From: an uncultured virus (IMG/VR IMGVR_UViG_3300031521_000020)
Taxonomy: Duplodnaviria; Heunggongvirae; Uroviricota; Caudoviricetes
IMG/VR virus record: IMGVR_UViG_3300031521_000020
Strand: one strand, 5' to 3'
Length of the DNA: 64,000 nt
The position numbers and the translations under genes were made by a program. The notes below the pieces were generated by a model that saw nothing but the letters and a program-made list of their open reading frames with translations, searched no databases and was not told the DNA's origin. Positions 18,775 to 28,638 of the stretch are shown here, piece by piece (within the stretch, counting starts at the first letter, position 1; each line of letters opens with the position of its first letter).

Positions 18775-19791
18775 TTAAATTATTTCTTTATATTCAGTTT
18801 TTGGTAAATTTCCACTTAAAATAGCATTTCCACAGGTGATTAATCCATTATCTTCATCATAGCTTGGTACAAATACAATAACATCAAAACCAACACGTTT
18901 TAACTCAGTTTCTTTTTGTTTATAGGGTGTAAATGCATCATATCCACCTGTTGTTTCAATATTGTTTTCAATACAACTGTTTGTTTTATGTAATGGTGTT
19001 AGTTTGCATATGAATTTATTAGGATCAAACAATTTAAGTAATACATCAGCATCCAACGTATATTCATCGGCCAATGCAAAATTCAAAGCATATTTTCTTC
19101 CAACTGGTTCTGGTAACATTTTACCTATTTCAGATATTTCTTCTAATGACAGACTATTATTAGAGAACATATCATTCCTTTGTTCGTTATCGGTTGAGTT
19201 TATTGAAAATTGTAACCCAGCATCCCCATTATATAATTTATTTTTAATATCATTACACCAAATCAATAAAAATTTAATCAAATTTTTATTCGCTTTTGGA
19301 AGCATTGTTGATATTACTGGGTGAATTGCACCAGAACCTTCCCAAAAATCATAGATATTTCTATGTAAACAAGTTGCAAGATCCAGTACGTTACCATTCC
19401 ACGTCGGCTCTCCCATACGAGCCAGATGTAAATTTAATCGTTTAGTTGATTTAATCTCTGGGTGTAAAGCTAAAGCAGATAATATTTGATCCAGCATATC
19501 ATGATAGGTAGCATTTAATCCAGGCCCAACCTTTGGAACATCACAAAACTTGCAATTCATAGAGCAACCATATTGGGTGCTTATGGTTATAACAAATTTT
19601 TCTGTTAACGGCATTATTTCACCATTTGGAACACCATTCAATTCTCTTGAAATACCAAGAAAATCAGCTTTTATATTAGCGTTTTTACCATAATCACCAA
19701 CAGTTAAAAACTCTAACAAGCCTTTTTCACCTTGCATAATACAAATGTTTCCCGTTGGGACTTCAATGTTTCTTAAAACTTTATTAATCAT
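18775..19791 (-). CDS. RlmN/Cfr-like radical SAM protein
   Basis: ISTQYGCSMNCKFC, MGEP, LQFSINS...R, C-terminal TCG; likely start 19791 (ORF open to 19815). Confidence 0.85.
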   Translation of the reverse strand: MINKVLRNIEVPTGNICIMQGEKGLLEFLTVGDYGKNANIKADFLGISRELNGVPNGEIMPLTEKFVITISTQYGCSMNCKFCDVPKVGPGLNATYHDMLDQILSALALHPEIKSTKRLNLHLARMGEPTWNGNVLDLATCLHRNIYDFWEGSGAIHPVISTMLPKANKNLIKFLLIWCNDIKNKLYNGDAGLQFSINSTDNEQRNDMFSNNSLSLEEISEIGKMLPEPVGRKYALNFALADEYTLDADVLLKLFDPNKFICKLTPLHKTNSCIENNIETTGGYDAFTPYKQKETELKRVGFDVIVFVPSYDEDNGLITCGNAILSGNLPKTEYKEII

Positions 19792-19795
19792 TAAT

Positions 19796-20323
19796 TTATT
19801 TTTTATATAAGACAAGTGTTACATAACAATCTTTTAATTCTATCTCTATAATTTGACGAATGATATTTATATCACCACCAGCAAGGCCACCACAAATTAA
19901 AGGCATTACAACTTTCAATCCTTTAAATTTATAATTAATTTTTCTAAGACATAAAGTTAATGCTTCATAGTCTGCAGGTCTATCAGTCCAATCTAAATGA
20001 TTTTTACCATAGTGAAATTGCGAATAGCAATTAACGACATATAAATCACGTCCTTTAGTACTATCTGGTAGCCAAGTATTAGGTTCGCCATCAACAATAG
20101 TGAATAATTGCCAATCAATTTGACCAAGCTTATTAATATCACCTTTACCAGTTAATTCCATTGGAAACGTATCTGTACCAAAATACTTCTTGAATGGTAT
20201 TACTATTCCAGCCCCCTGGGTACAAAAAGCGTTAACTCCTTGAAGTGTAACATCATACTGTTCACTAAATATTTCTTTAAATAAATCTCCCTCTATTTCT
20301 TTATATTTTTCTTTATTCTCCAT
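19796..20323 (-). CDS. Macro domain (ADP-ribose binding/hydrolase) protein
   Basis: IEGDLF, QGVN..TQGAGI, VVNCYSQ, MPLICGGLAGG. Confidence 0.85.
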   Translation of the reverse strand: MENKEKYKEIEGDLFKEIFSEQYDVTLQGVNAFCTQGAGIVIPFKKYFGTDTFPMELTGKGDINKLGQIDWQLFTIVDGEPNTWLPDSTKGRDLYVVNCYSQFHYGKNHLDWTDRPADYEALTLCLRKINYKFKGLKVVMPLICGGLAGGDINIIRQIIEIELKDCYVTLVLYKK

Positions 20324-20583
20324 TTCAAAATTTTTATAATTATTTTATAGGAATATGATTTATTTACTTTTGGTCTATTTTTAAGTAAATCCATTAATAA
20401 TTCCAACACTTTATCGGGGTTTTTCACATAAAACGCTTGTGGAATAAACAAAATATTCCTAACCCATATTTGGAAATCAGTTGGTATGATATAATTCCAA
20501 ATAAAATATAAAATACCCAGTAAGAATGGTATGATAACAAACGTCCAAAAAATCATTCCTGTTATAATTAAAAATTGTTCCAT
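20293..20583 (-). CDS. hypothetical membrane protein
   Basis: N-terminal hydrophobic helix. Confidence 0.65.
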   Translation of the reverse strand: MEQFLIITGMIFWTFVIIPFLLGILYFIWNYIIPTDFQIWVRNILFIPQAFYVKNPDKVLELLMDLLKNRPKVNKSYSYKIIIKILKWRIKKNIKK

Positions 20584-20585
20584 TA

Positions 20586-20861
20586 TTAATCAGGAATGTA
20601 ATCTTCAATATATGCAGTTGCTTCTATTCCTTGCATAACAGATGCTCTTGTATTTGATACTATTGCAGCACAATTTGGATTATATTTTTCTGTATTACCT
20701 AAATGAAGCATTAAAAATCTTGATGCAAATTCAAAATCTTTCATTTCATTATCAAACCATATTTCAAAATCTACTTCAAGTTTTTCCTGTTCACTTGCTT
20801 CTAAATTTGAAGCATCTGATTTCGAATTAAAGAAATTATTTAATACATTAATTTTTTTCAT
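20586..20861 (-). CDS. hypothetical protein
   Basis: ORF in operon. Confidence 0.7.
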   Translation of the reverse strand: MKKINVLNNFFNSKSDASNLEASEQEKLEVDFEIWFDNEMKDFEFASRFLMLHLGNTEKYNPNCAAIVSNTRASVMQGIEATAYIEDYIPD

Positions 20862-20919
20862 ATTATTTATTTTTTTAGTTTATTTTGTGTAGTTAATCGG
20901 TTTATTATCGATTATCGTG

Positions 20920-21471
20920 TTATAATTTACTAACATCAACATTATACTCTTTAATAATTGTATTTAGTGGTACGTGAATTATTGTTTCACCATCTTTAGA
21001 AAAGAATTTGTTTTTAAAGATTATTTTTGCAAACCAATTTATGTGTACGGCATTATATTTTGTAAATTCAATGAATGGTTTATTATTAATTTTAATATCT
21101 TCTTTAACATATGTGTTACCATCATTTTCAAGTTTAGATATTTTATAACCAAATTCTGAATTTGATATATAATAGTAATAATCTTTGTTTTCGATACGCC
21201 CAGAGCCTAAAAAGAAATTACCACTAATTGAAGAATTAACTGATAATGAATTTATATAAGTCACACCAAATTTCGGGCATTTCTCATATTTAATATTGAT
21301 AGATGAAAAGCAAGAAATAATAAGAAAAATACCAAGTGTAATACCAAAAGTACCAATAAAAGCTAAAAATCCAGCATCAAAATCCCAATTATCGTCAGTA
21401 ATTTCTTTATATATTAACATAAAAACACCCAATATGATTGAGATAAAAATAATAATTCCAAATATTGTCAT
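20920..21471 (-). CDS. hypothetical membrane protein
   Basis: Two TM helices; G.FFLGSG.I...YYYY motif. Confidence 0.75.
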   Translation of the reverse strand: MTIFGIIIFISIILGVFMLIYKEITDDNWDFDAGFLAFIGTFGITLGIFLIISCFSSINIKYEKCPKFGVTYINSLSVNSSISGNFFLGSGRIENKDYYYYISNSEFGYKISKLENDGNTYVKEDIKINNKPFIEFTKYNAVHINWFAKIIFKNKFFSKDGETIIHVPLNTIIKEYNVDVSKL

Positions 21472-21482
21472 AACTTTAGTTT

Positions 21483-21725
21483 TTAATTTAAAATGTTTAA
21501 TAGTTCTTTTAATTTATTAATTTCAATTGAAAATAAATCTTCCTTGGTTGGGTTACAATTTAATATAATTGAGATAATTTTATTTAGTATTTCACAATCA
21601 CAATCGTAGTTCTCAAATGTGCCACTAATTTCCTGGATCATTGACCCAACATCCGATATTTCATATTGGACGACTATATTTTTAAATTCTATATCAATTT
21701 CCTGTGTAAGTTTAACTTTTTTCAT
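21483..21725 (-). CDS. hypothetical protein
   Basis: ORF in operon. Confidence 0.65.
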   Translation of the reverse strand: MKKVKLTQEIDIEFKNIVVQYEISDVGSMIQEISGTFENYDCDCEILNKIISIILNCNPTKEDLFSIEINKLKELLNILN

Positions 21726-21737
21726 AATTTGATTAAT

Positions 21738-22304
21738 TTAAAATGGTAAATCATTAATTTCGTTTTCAGTTGGTTTTGGAAAATGTTGATTAAAATATTT
21801 CAATTCAGCTTCGGTTGTGATTATTTTATTAGCTTCTAAATCAAATTCGTGTTTTGTATATCCCTTGTATGCATATTCTTTCTTCTTAAACCAAATATCC
21901 TCTTCATCTTGTAATTTAAGTGATATTCCATCAATTATAATGGTAGTATAATCGACTTTTCCAGTCCAGGTTAATACGTCATATAATTCACCATTTAGGC
22001 CCTCAAAACAATATTTTGAATCTCCTTGGTGTGATGTACTAGGACAATCATTCAAATCTTCAAAAAATTTAATTATTTTACCATTGTCAAAATCATTAGT
22101 TGATATAATTAGATCAACCTCAATAATTGGTCTTCTAATGTCATAACCATATAACCTCAAAGCAAGTGATCCACCAATAATGAAACCAGCATTATTTAAT
22201 TCGGCTAATTTTTGTGGAGTAAAGACTTTGTTTGTGTCTGTATTTTGTAAACAAAGCGAATCAAGTAATAAACATTGTGAGAGGAGGGAGTCTAAATAAT
22301 CCAT
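21738..22304 (-). CDS. Pol-beta-superfamily nucleotidyltransferase-like protein
   Basis: IIGGSLAL..YG...R...EVDL, later DVL; KH..DL tail. Confidence 0.6.
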   Translation of the reverse strand: MDYLDSLLSQCLLLDSLCLQNTDTNKVFTPQKLAELNNAGFIIGGSLALRLYGYDIRRPIIEVDLIISTNDFDNGKIIKFFEDLNDCPSTSHQGDSKYCFEGLNGELYDVLTWTGKVDYTTIIIDGISLKLQDEEDIWFKKKEYAYKGYTKHEFDLEANKIITTEAELKYFNQHFPKPTENEINDLPF

Positions 22305-22330
22305 ATTTCAATTTTATTTATTTTTTTTAT

Positions 22331-22804
22331 TCAAAATTTAGCACTTAAATGTATGATATATGCTGTATAACTTTCACATGAAAATGTAGTTCCATTCCAA
22401 CTTCTACAAGTTATTTCTACATTTTTAAATCCTTGTGATTCAATTTGCTTACATAATGTATCAAAATAATCTTTCCCTTTCTTATTCATTATTATATCAT
22501 ATAAGTCTCCCAAGCATACTCCTGTTATATTACGGCAATCTGATGTCATATCATAATCTTTTTCTGATACATTTCTACCTCGTTCATCTAATATAACACT
22601 AAAATAGGTTTCACCATCCAAGGCTGCTTTATTAGCTTCTTTAAGCCAATTACTTTCAAAATGATTGTAAGTTTTTTGGATTATTAAGTTAATTCTATCT
22701 TGTTCTAGTTTTTCCTTATCCAAAGCAATTAACTCTCTTTCATTTTTCAATTCAACTGCTCTATTTAAAGAGGTTTCTTTTAATTCTTCTGCTAATGTTT
22801 TCAT
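22331..22804 (-). CDS. hypothetical protein
   Basis: First ORF after promoter. Confidence 0.75.
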   Translation of the reverse strand: MKTLAEELKETSLNRAVELKNERELIALDKEKLEQDRINLIIQKTYNHFESNWLKEANKAALDGETYFSVILDERGRNVSEKDYDMTSDCRNITGVCLGDLYDIIMNKKGKDYFDTLCKQIESQGFKNVEITCRSWNGTTFSCESYTAYIIHLSAKF

Positions 22805-22853
22805 ATTATTAATTTTTTATCCCCTCGGATCGGGATTTATTTTAATTTCACAA

Positions 22854-22885
22854 CAAATGTACTGATAATAATTTAATAAAACAAG
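22854..22885 (-). promoter_or_regulatory. Bacteroidetes-type promoter
   Basis: CTTG-N20-TACATTTG. Confidence 0.75.
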
Positions 22886-22940
22886 TTTTAGGCTAACTTT
22901 TTGTTTAAAAAAATTCATTTAAAGCGATAATATTAAGTAT

Positions 22941-23255
22941 ATGGGGTTCATTTATCTAATAAACGAGGCTGGCACTTCCAATTATAAAATTGGAGTAACA
23001 AAAGCCAAAACAGTCAACAAAAGAAAGTTAGAGCTTCAAACTGGGAATTCTAATGAACTTATTTTGTGTAGAAAGTTTGAAACAGATTATCCATATAAGT
23101 TAGAAAATATGCTACATAATCATTATCATTTAAAACGGTTGATGGGGGAATGGTTTAATTTAACCGATGCTCAGGCAACAGATTTTATAAACATCTGTGA
23201 GTCTAAACATCGGTTAATTAGGTATTTATTGGAGAATAATGAATTTTATAACTAA
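22941..23255 (+). CDS. T5orf172/MUG113 GIY-YIG family protein
   Basis: GFIYLI...YKIGVT...R..LQTGN...E..LH...GEWF. Confidence 0.85.
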   Translation: MGFIYLINEAGTSNYKIGVTKAKTVNKRKLELQTGNSNELILCRKFETDYPYKLENMLHNHYHLKRLMGEWFNLTDAQATDFINICESKHRLIRYLLENNEFYN

Positions 23256-23500
23256 GTTGTTTTTGGAAATATTTTTTTAGATAGGCTATATATAGCAAAT
23301 TGATTTTTAACATCGGTAATTGAAGAATCCAAGGTATCATTGTGATTACCTTTTTTAGTTATAAATCTTGGAATCCCATTCTCTAATATGATTAATCGAA
23401 CCTTTAATCTATTTTTAGGACCTATTTCAATTACAATACGTAAATTAGAACTTTCTTTAATCCAATTTAACCAAATTTGGTTTTCTTCTGAAATATTCAT
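23252..23500 (-). CDS. hypothetical protein
   Basis: ORF. Confidence 0.6.
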   Translation of the reverse strand: MNISEENQIWLNWIKESSNLRIVIEIGPKNRLKVRLIILENGIPRFITKKGNHNDTLDSSITDVKNQFAIYSLSKKIFPKTT

Positions 23501-23552
23501 TATTTTTAGTTTTTATAATATATCTAATATATAAGCGTGACAAATTAATTGT

Positions 23553-23783
23553 TTATTCAAAGCTTTTTATCCAATTTTTAGCTTTTCCAGATATTTTATT
23601 TGTAAATATGATAGCAGATCTTTCAGATTTAAACACTTCATATTCTCCTGTTAATTTTATCATAGCTGACCAATACCCATAATTACGTTCTTCCAATTTA
23701 TCACCAAATTCGTTGGTTAAAGTATTATAATGGGTAGTTGTTAAATCTCTTTTTTGGTTAATTAAACGATCTCTATTTTTCAT
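23553..23783 (-). CDS. hypothetical protein
   Basis: ORF. Confidence 0.65.
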   Translation of the reverse strand: MKNRDRLINQKRDLTTTHYNTLTNEFGDKLEERNYGYWSAMIKLTGEYEVFKSERSAIIFTNKISGKAKNWIKSFE

Positions 23784-23795
23784 ATGTCTAATTGA

Positions 23796-24011
23796 TTAAA
23801 TAATTGTATATTCACATGCTGTTTCATTAATTTCAACAGATTGACCAGGTTTTAGTTTTGATACTGATAAAACATATTCTTTATATGTTGGTTGTAGACA
23901 CCCATAATGCGGCTCATTATCCCTATAATCGTATTCTTCCTCTATCTCTTTTTTTAATTCTTCGTAAGTGTAGGTATTTATGATTTCTTCATAAGATTCA
24001 TCGTTGTACAT
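23796..24011 (-). CDS. hypothetical protein
   Basis: ORF. Confidence 0.65.
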   Translation of the reverse strand: MYNDESYEEIINTYTYEELKKEIEEEYDYRDNEPHYGCLQPTYKEYVLSVSKLKPGQSVEINETACEYTII

Positions 24012-24028
24012 AATTTAAATTTTTATTA

Positions 24029-25177
24029 TTAATTTTCTTCGTCGTTCAAAACAACATATATGGACATTCCAAGGTTAAATACGAATATTATTATTAACGT
24101 CCACATAAATTGAGTTCCTGTTAATTGAATATCAATATAATTGAAGTCTTTAAATTCTTTTCTTTTCCAGTATTGTGGTATCGCTGCTTTTGTCCAATTA
24201 GCAAATTCTATGAAATCTAACTTTTCCTTACCATTAAAATATGATTTTAAATTAACCTCATATGTTGGTTTATCGCACCAAGAAAATGCATCAACCCACA
24301 AAATTTTTTTACTTGTGGAATCCAAACAAATGCAAGTAACCAACTCGTTTTTATTTCCACCCTCCCAATAACTCCTTTGATCTTGAACTATCGAAAGTGG
24401 TTTATTATAAAATACCAGATTATAGGTTCTAAACTGATTTCTATGACCATAATAACCATTAATGAATCCCCATTGGACTAATTCATCCTTTGATGGTTTA
24501 TACCCCAAAAACGGGCTTTGATTTGAGTCGTTATCGCTATTGAAAAACCCACCATTGCTTTGGTTATATAAACTTGGATAATCATATAATCCCAATATTT
24601 TCGCTTCATCTGGCGTTATATTTTCAAATCCAAATATAGATTTGGAACCTTTTATTTTATTCTCATATTTATGGTCGATTGTTCTAGTTTTTGAGTGACT
24701 TATATTACCGTCCCATAATTTTGAATAACAATCACCATCTTGCGAATCGTAATTTCGATGCATATCAATAAATGAATTTTCAGTATTCCAAAGTGAGAAT
24801 AAACGATTATATTCCTTATTTGAAATACTATACTCATAACCATTATTCAATGTTTGCTTCCATTCAGGTCCATGATTTTCAACATAGGAACAATCATAAG
24901 ACTCAGTTGTTTGGTTCTTACCGCTACCAACTGTTCTTGTACAAGTTCTATGGATATATTCATCCCAAGGTTCATAATATTTTATTCCAGTCACATAATT
25001 ACCATAATATTCTGTATCTGAAGTTGTATATGAAATCATCCCGAAATATAAACACCCAGCAATAAACATCGATGGAAGTACAATAATAAGATATTCCCAC
25101 CATACAACCTTCTGTCTAAAAAAGACAAGAAGGAAGATGGCGAAAATAAGAGGTATAATAAACGCTATGGTTGTCAT
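24029..25177 (-). CDS. Membrane protein, possible TPM-like domain
   Basis: Two N-term TM, one C-term TM, YWEGGNKNELV motif. Confidence 0.7.
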   Translation of the reverse strand: MTTIAFIIPLIFAIFLLVFFRQKVVWWEYLIIVLPSMFIAGCLYFGMISYTTSDTEYYGNYVTGIKYYEPWDEYIHRTCTRTVGSGKNQTTESYDCSYVENHGPEWKQTLNNGYEYSISNKEYNRLFSLWNTENSFIDMHRNYDSQDGDCYSKLWDGNISHSKTRTIDHKYENKIKGSKSIFGFENITPDEAKILGLYDYPSLYNQSNGGFFNSDNDSNQSPFLGYKPSKDELVQWGFINGYYGHRNQFRTYNLVFYNKPLSIVQDQRSYWEGGNKNELVTCICLDSTSKKILWVDAFSWCDKPTYEVNLKSYFNGKEKLDFIEFANWTKAAIPQYWKRKEFKDFNYIDIQLTGTQFMWTLIIIFVFNLGMSIYVVLNDEEN

Positions 25178-25189
25178 AAATTGATGTTA

Positions 25190-25720
25190 TTATAATTCAA
25201 CGTTATCATCAATACCAGATACCATTACTTCTTTAGTTCTAGTGCTTGAAATGGTAGTATACTGAATATGTGTCTTATTAGTAATAAAGAATTTACTTGG
25301 TATAGTACTTAATAACGTTTCATGCTGACGAATAATATCCAACATACGCGTCTGCTGTGTCACAAACCCTTGACGTTCGATATTTATGGCATCCATAACG
25401 CGAGTATACATTTGAGGTGATAACGTTGGATTTTGCTCAACAACCAATTTCATCAAACTACCATCACCTTTAGCATATCGGCCTTCCATAATACCTTTAA
25501 CGGTTTCTTTAAAATCAGATGAATAACTGTTTTTAACCTCATTCGTCTGGTGAATAACTTTCCACATATTATCATAAACAATTTCCACTTTTCCACGTTG
25601 TGCTTCAGCTTCTTTTCGAATTGATACATCCTGGTTGTTATAATTAAAATACATTGCGGTATAAATAACACCACCAAAAATCAAAATACCCAATACAATA
25701 GCTGCAATAATTTTTCCCAT
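25190..25720 (-). CDS. LemA-like membrane-anchored protein
   Basis: N-term TM then YN, helical body, EQNPTL, P..FF. Confidence 0.6.
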   Translation of the reverse strand: MGKIIAAIVLGILIFGGVIYTAMYFNYNNQDVSIRKEAEAQRGKVEIVYDNMWKVIHQTNEVKNSYSSDFKETVKGIMEGRYAKGDGSLMKLVVEQNPTLSPQMYTRVMDAINIERQGFVTQQTRMLDIIRQHETLLSTIPSKFFITNKTHIQYTTISSTRTKEVMVSGIDDNVEL

Positions 25721-25772
25721 TCTTTTTCTTTTTTTAATTTATAGTTTATATTAATTTTATTTAATTCTGGTA

Positions 25773-25804
25773 CAAAAGTAATGTAATTTACTTATTAATG
25801 GAAA
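25773..25804 (-). promoter_or_regulatory. Bacteroidetes-type promoter (weak -33)
   Basis: TACTTTTG -7 element. Confidence 0.55.
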
Positions 25805-26053
25805 TCACTTAACAATTTTTTCGATATCTTCTTTATTAAATACGATATTCCCTTTATATTCTGAACATGCCCAATATATTTTAGTATAGTCCATTAAACC
25901 TTCGTAATGGCAATCATTACAACGAGGATATCCTTGATTTCTATGTATATAATCAGTTATTTTTACAATTACAATACTCGTTTTATCACTTCCGCATTTT
26001 GGACATGCGGGGTGGTTTTCTATTGTTAAAGAGGTGAAATCTTTTCTACTCAT
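25805..26053 (-). CDS. hypothetical zinc-finger protein
   Basis: CPKC..CNDC. Confidence 0.65.
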   Translation of the reverse strand: MSRKDFTSLTIENHPACPKCGSDKTSIVIVKITDYIHRNQGYPRCNDCHYEGLMDYTKIYWACSEYKGNIVFNKEDIEKIVK

Positions 26054-27186
26054 TGTTTAATTTCTTCATTTAATATTTCATCAATTATTTTATTAGAATC
26101 AAATGGAAGGCTTTTGGTTGATATTATATTAATATCATCAATTGGCATTTTCCTAATCTTAAGTAATAATTCTTTTACAAATAGTGGATCAACTTTTTCT
26201 GGTAAATTTGATTTATCATACAATTCCTGTAAACCAGCGATATCGCGTTCTGCATCTTCAATTATTTTATCTAAAGGAACTTCACCACGTTTGATTGAAA
26301 GTAAATAGTCGGCATTTGGGCGTTTAACGGTAAAAGTGCCTGTAGTGGCAATCGAAACCCCCACATCGATGAGCCTCCGACAATGCAATAGGTTCTTACC
26401 ATCTATAAATGAACCACTTAGAGTTTGTCCGTGCTTTTTAACATCAACATATCTTTGGGTGTTCCTATTTTTTAACCATTCATTATACTCCTTCCACTCC
26501 TTCATGAACTTTGAATATGCTTCAACATTATAATATATCATCACAAATGGCGTTTCTCCTTTTTTAATAGATGACAATCTAACCTCATTACTATTTTCAC
26601 CAATTATTCCTCTATAACCATCATTATTGTAATCATAATAAACGGCATAACAATCTTTCATATGATCCAATCGAACTAAGCCACATTTTTCTTGTAATAG
26701 CCCATTGTCGTTCAAATATTCTTTAAAAGAATATGTTTTACCATTATTATAAAAATATATAAAATCTAAAGGTGTCTTTAATTTATAATCATTTTCATTG
26801 TAATTTAATTTTTTACCCAACGAATTTGCCTTTGAAATCTGACTGTAACCATATGAAGTAAAGGCATTTGCGCATTTTTTTGTTACAAACACATCCCTAT
26901 TTTCACGTATTAGTTCAAATTGAGGTGATGTATGTAAAATATATTCATCATCAGAAAATAGCAATTCTAAACAGGTCGGATTTCCGACAGAACATAATTC
27001 TAAAAATCGACGAACCTCATAGTACGTTTCATCTTTAGTTACATTAATTTGCTCGGTATAGCCAAATGATAATAAATTATCAATAGGGCATAAAAAAATA
27101 CCCTTTTTATCTAAATCACTGGTTTCAATATTTGTACCATAAGCAACGCTACCAACAATAGCTTCAAAAATTAAATTTTCAATCAT
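26050..27186 (-). CDS. Nucleotidyltransferase (RlaP / T4 NrdC.11-like)
   Basis: VGSVAYGTNIETSDLDKKGIF, GNPT.LELL, DGKN..H..RL, L.IK.G. Confidence 0.85.
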   Translation of the reverse strand: MIENLIFEAIVGSVAYGTNIETSDLDKKGIFLCPIDNLLSFGYTEQINVTKDETYYEVRRFLELCSVGNPTCLELLFSDDEYILHTSPQFELIRENRDVFVTKKCANAFTSYGYSQISKANSLGKKLNYNENDYKLKTPLDFIYFYNNGKTYSFKEYLNDNGLLQEKCGLVRLDHMKDCYAVYYDYNNDGYRGIIGENSNEVRLSSIKKGETPFVMIYYNVEAYSKFMKEWKEYNEWLKNRNTQRYVDVKKHGQTLSGSFIDGKNLLHCRRLIDVGVSIATTGTFTVKRPNADYLLSIKRGEVPLDKIIEDAERDIAGLQELYDKSNLPEKVDPLFVKELLLKIRKMPIDDINIISTKSLPFDSNKIIDEILNEEIKQ

Positions 27187-28465
27187 AAATTTCTTTATTT
27201 AATATTTCTTCTATATTATTAAATTCCGTATAAGGAATTCTAATTAACTTAATATTATTATCAAGGCAATATTGGGTTTTTATTTTATCATTTCTTTGAA
27301 TTGATTCAAAACCTTCTATTCCACCAAATCTATCTACTTGTTTATAATGTTGTTCCCCATCGTATTCAATACAAGTATTATATTTAGGAATATAAAAATC
27401 AAATGGGAGAGAATATTTATATCTACAATCATCAAATTTATGTTCCCGAATAAATTTAAGTTTAAAATTTGTTAATGTTTGATTTACAATTTTTTCACCT
27501 TTACTTTCATTACATTTAGGACATCCCTGACCTTTTAAATGATTATGAGGTGTTTGCCAAAATTCTCCGTGAATAGGGCATATTATTTTAACCTTTATAT
27601 TGGTTCCTTTATATTCTACCTTTGAATAATCATATTTATCTCTATGAATTAGTTTTGTTTTTTCAATAAAATAATTATAATCCATATAACTACCTGAACA
27701 CTTAGGGCATCCTTTACCATCTAAATGACTATTTGGTGTTTGCCAAAATTCGCCATGAATCGGGCATGTTATATCTACTTTAATTATTGAATTTATGTAA
27801 TCAACATTTTCATATGTGAATTTATTATTATGTTTTTCTTTAGATTTTTCAATGAATGTATCTAAATCCATAAAGTTTCCGCCACATTTAGAACATCCAT
27901 AACCAATCATGTGTGAATTAGCTTTTTGATAAAACTCCCCATGTTCTGGGCAAACTATACATACGTCACTCTCACTATTTACATAATTAGTCTTGGAATA
28001 ATCATATTTAAAATTATGTTTTTTATTAGATTTTTTAATAAAGTATTCAGTATTATTAGTTTTGCTTAAAGATCTATTAACATTTCCACACATAGAACAT
28101 CCCCTACCTTGTAAATGATCACTTGGTGTTTGCCAAAATTCACCATGTATAGGACAAATGATACATACTTTAGTTTGAGCATTTTTATAATCTATCTTAG
28201 TATAATTATATTTATCTCCATGTATCACAATTGCTTTAGAGATAAAAATATCATTGTTGTGCCTAAGTTTATCACTTTTTAATTTTATTCCACATTTGTT
28301 ACACCCATTACCCACCAAATGGGAATTTGGTAATTGTAAAAATTCGCCATGTTCTGGACAAATTATGATTACTTTGATATTTGATTTTACATATTCAACC
28401 AGTGAATAATCATATTTGTCACCATGTTTTGCTTTTGCTTTTTTAATAAATTCATCTTTCGTCAT
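27179..28465 (-). CDS. Homing-endonuclease-like protein: 5 CPxHG (DUF723-like) repeats + Vsr/DUF559-like nuclease
   Basis: Repeats as in 12932; SKGE..., LPFDFY...IEYDGEQH...D..K..Y....I.LIRIPY. Confidence 0.85.
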   Translation of the reverse strand: MTKDEFIKKAKAKHGDKYDYSLVEYVKSNIKVIIICPEHGEFLQLPNSHLVGNGCNKCGIKLKSDKLRHNNDIFISKAIVIHGDKYNYTKIDYKNAQTKVCIICPIHGEFWQTPSDHLQGRGCSMCGNVNRSLSKTNNTEYFIKKSNKKHNFKYDYSKTNYVNSESDVCIVCPEHGEFYQKANSHMIGYGCSKCGGNFMDLDTFIEKSKEKHNNKFTYENVDYINSIIKVDITCPIHGEFWQTPNSHLDGKGCPKCSGSYMDYNYFIEKTKLIHRDKYDYSKVEYKGTNIKVKIICPIHGEFWQTPHNHLKGQGCPKCNESKGEKIVNQTLTNFKLKFIREHKFDDCRYKYSLPFDFYIPKYNTCIEYDGEQHYKQVDRFGGIEGFESIQRNDKIKTQYCLDNNIKLIRIPYTEFNNIEEILNKEIYD

Positions 28466-28625
28466 TCTTTAAATTGTTAATACTCTTATTTTCTTCACAC
28501 CATTTTCTAATAAAATTAGAAATCATTTTAGATCTATTAAAACCAAATTCATCACTAATTTTAATAAAATCATATTTTAGATCTGGATCAATCGTAAAAT
28601 TAATTGTTGTTTTTTTATTTTTCAT
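28452..28625 (-). CDS. Ribbon-helix-helix small DNA-binding protein (57 aa, not in ORF track)
   Basis: MKNKKTTINFTIDPDLKYDFIKISDEFGFNRSKMISNFIRKW; overlaps the nuclease start by 14 nt. Confidence 0.75.
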   Translation of the reverse strand: MKNKKTTINFTIDPDLKYDFIKISDEFGFNRSKMISNFIRKWCEENKSINNLKNDER

Positions 28626-28638
28626 ATTCATTTCTATT

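Noticed and set aside
22814..22836. GC-rich hairpin ATCCC..GGGAT in a 5' leader
   Set aside because: Only a 5-bp core stem; could be a simple stabilising hairpin or chance
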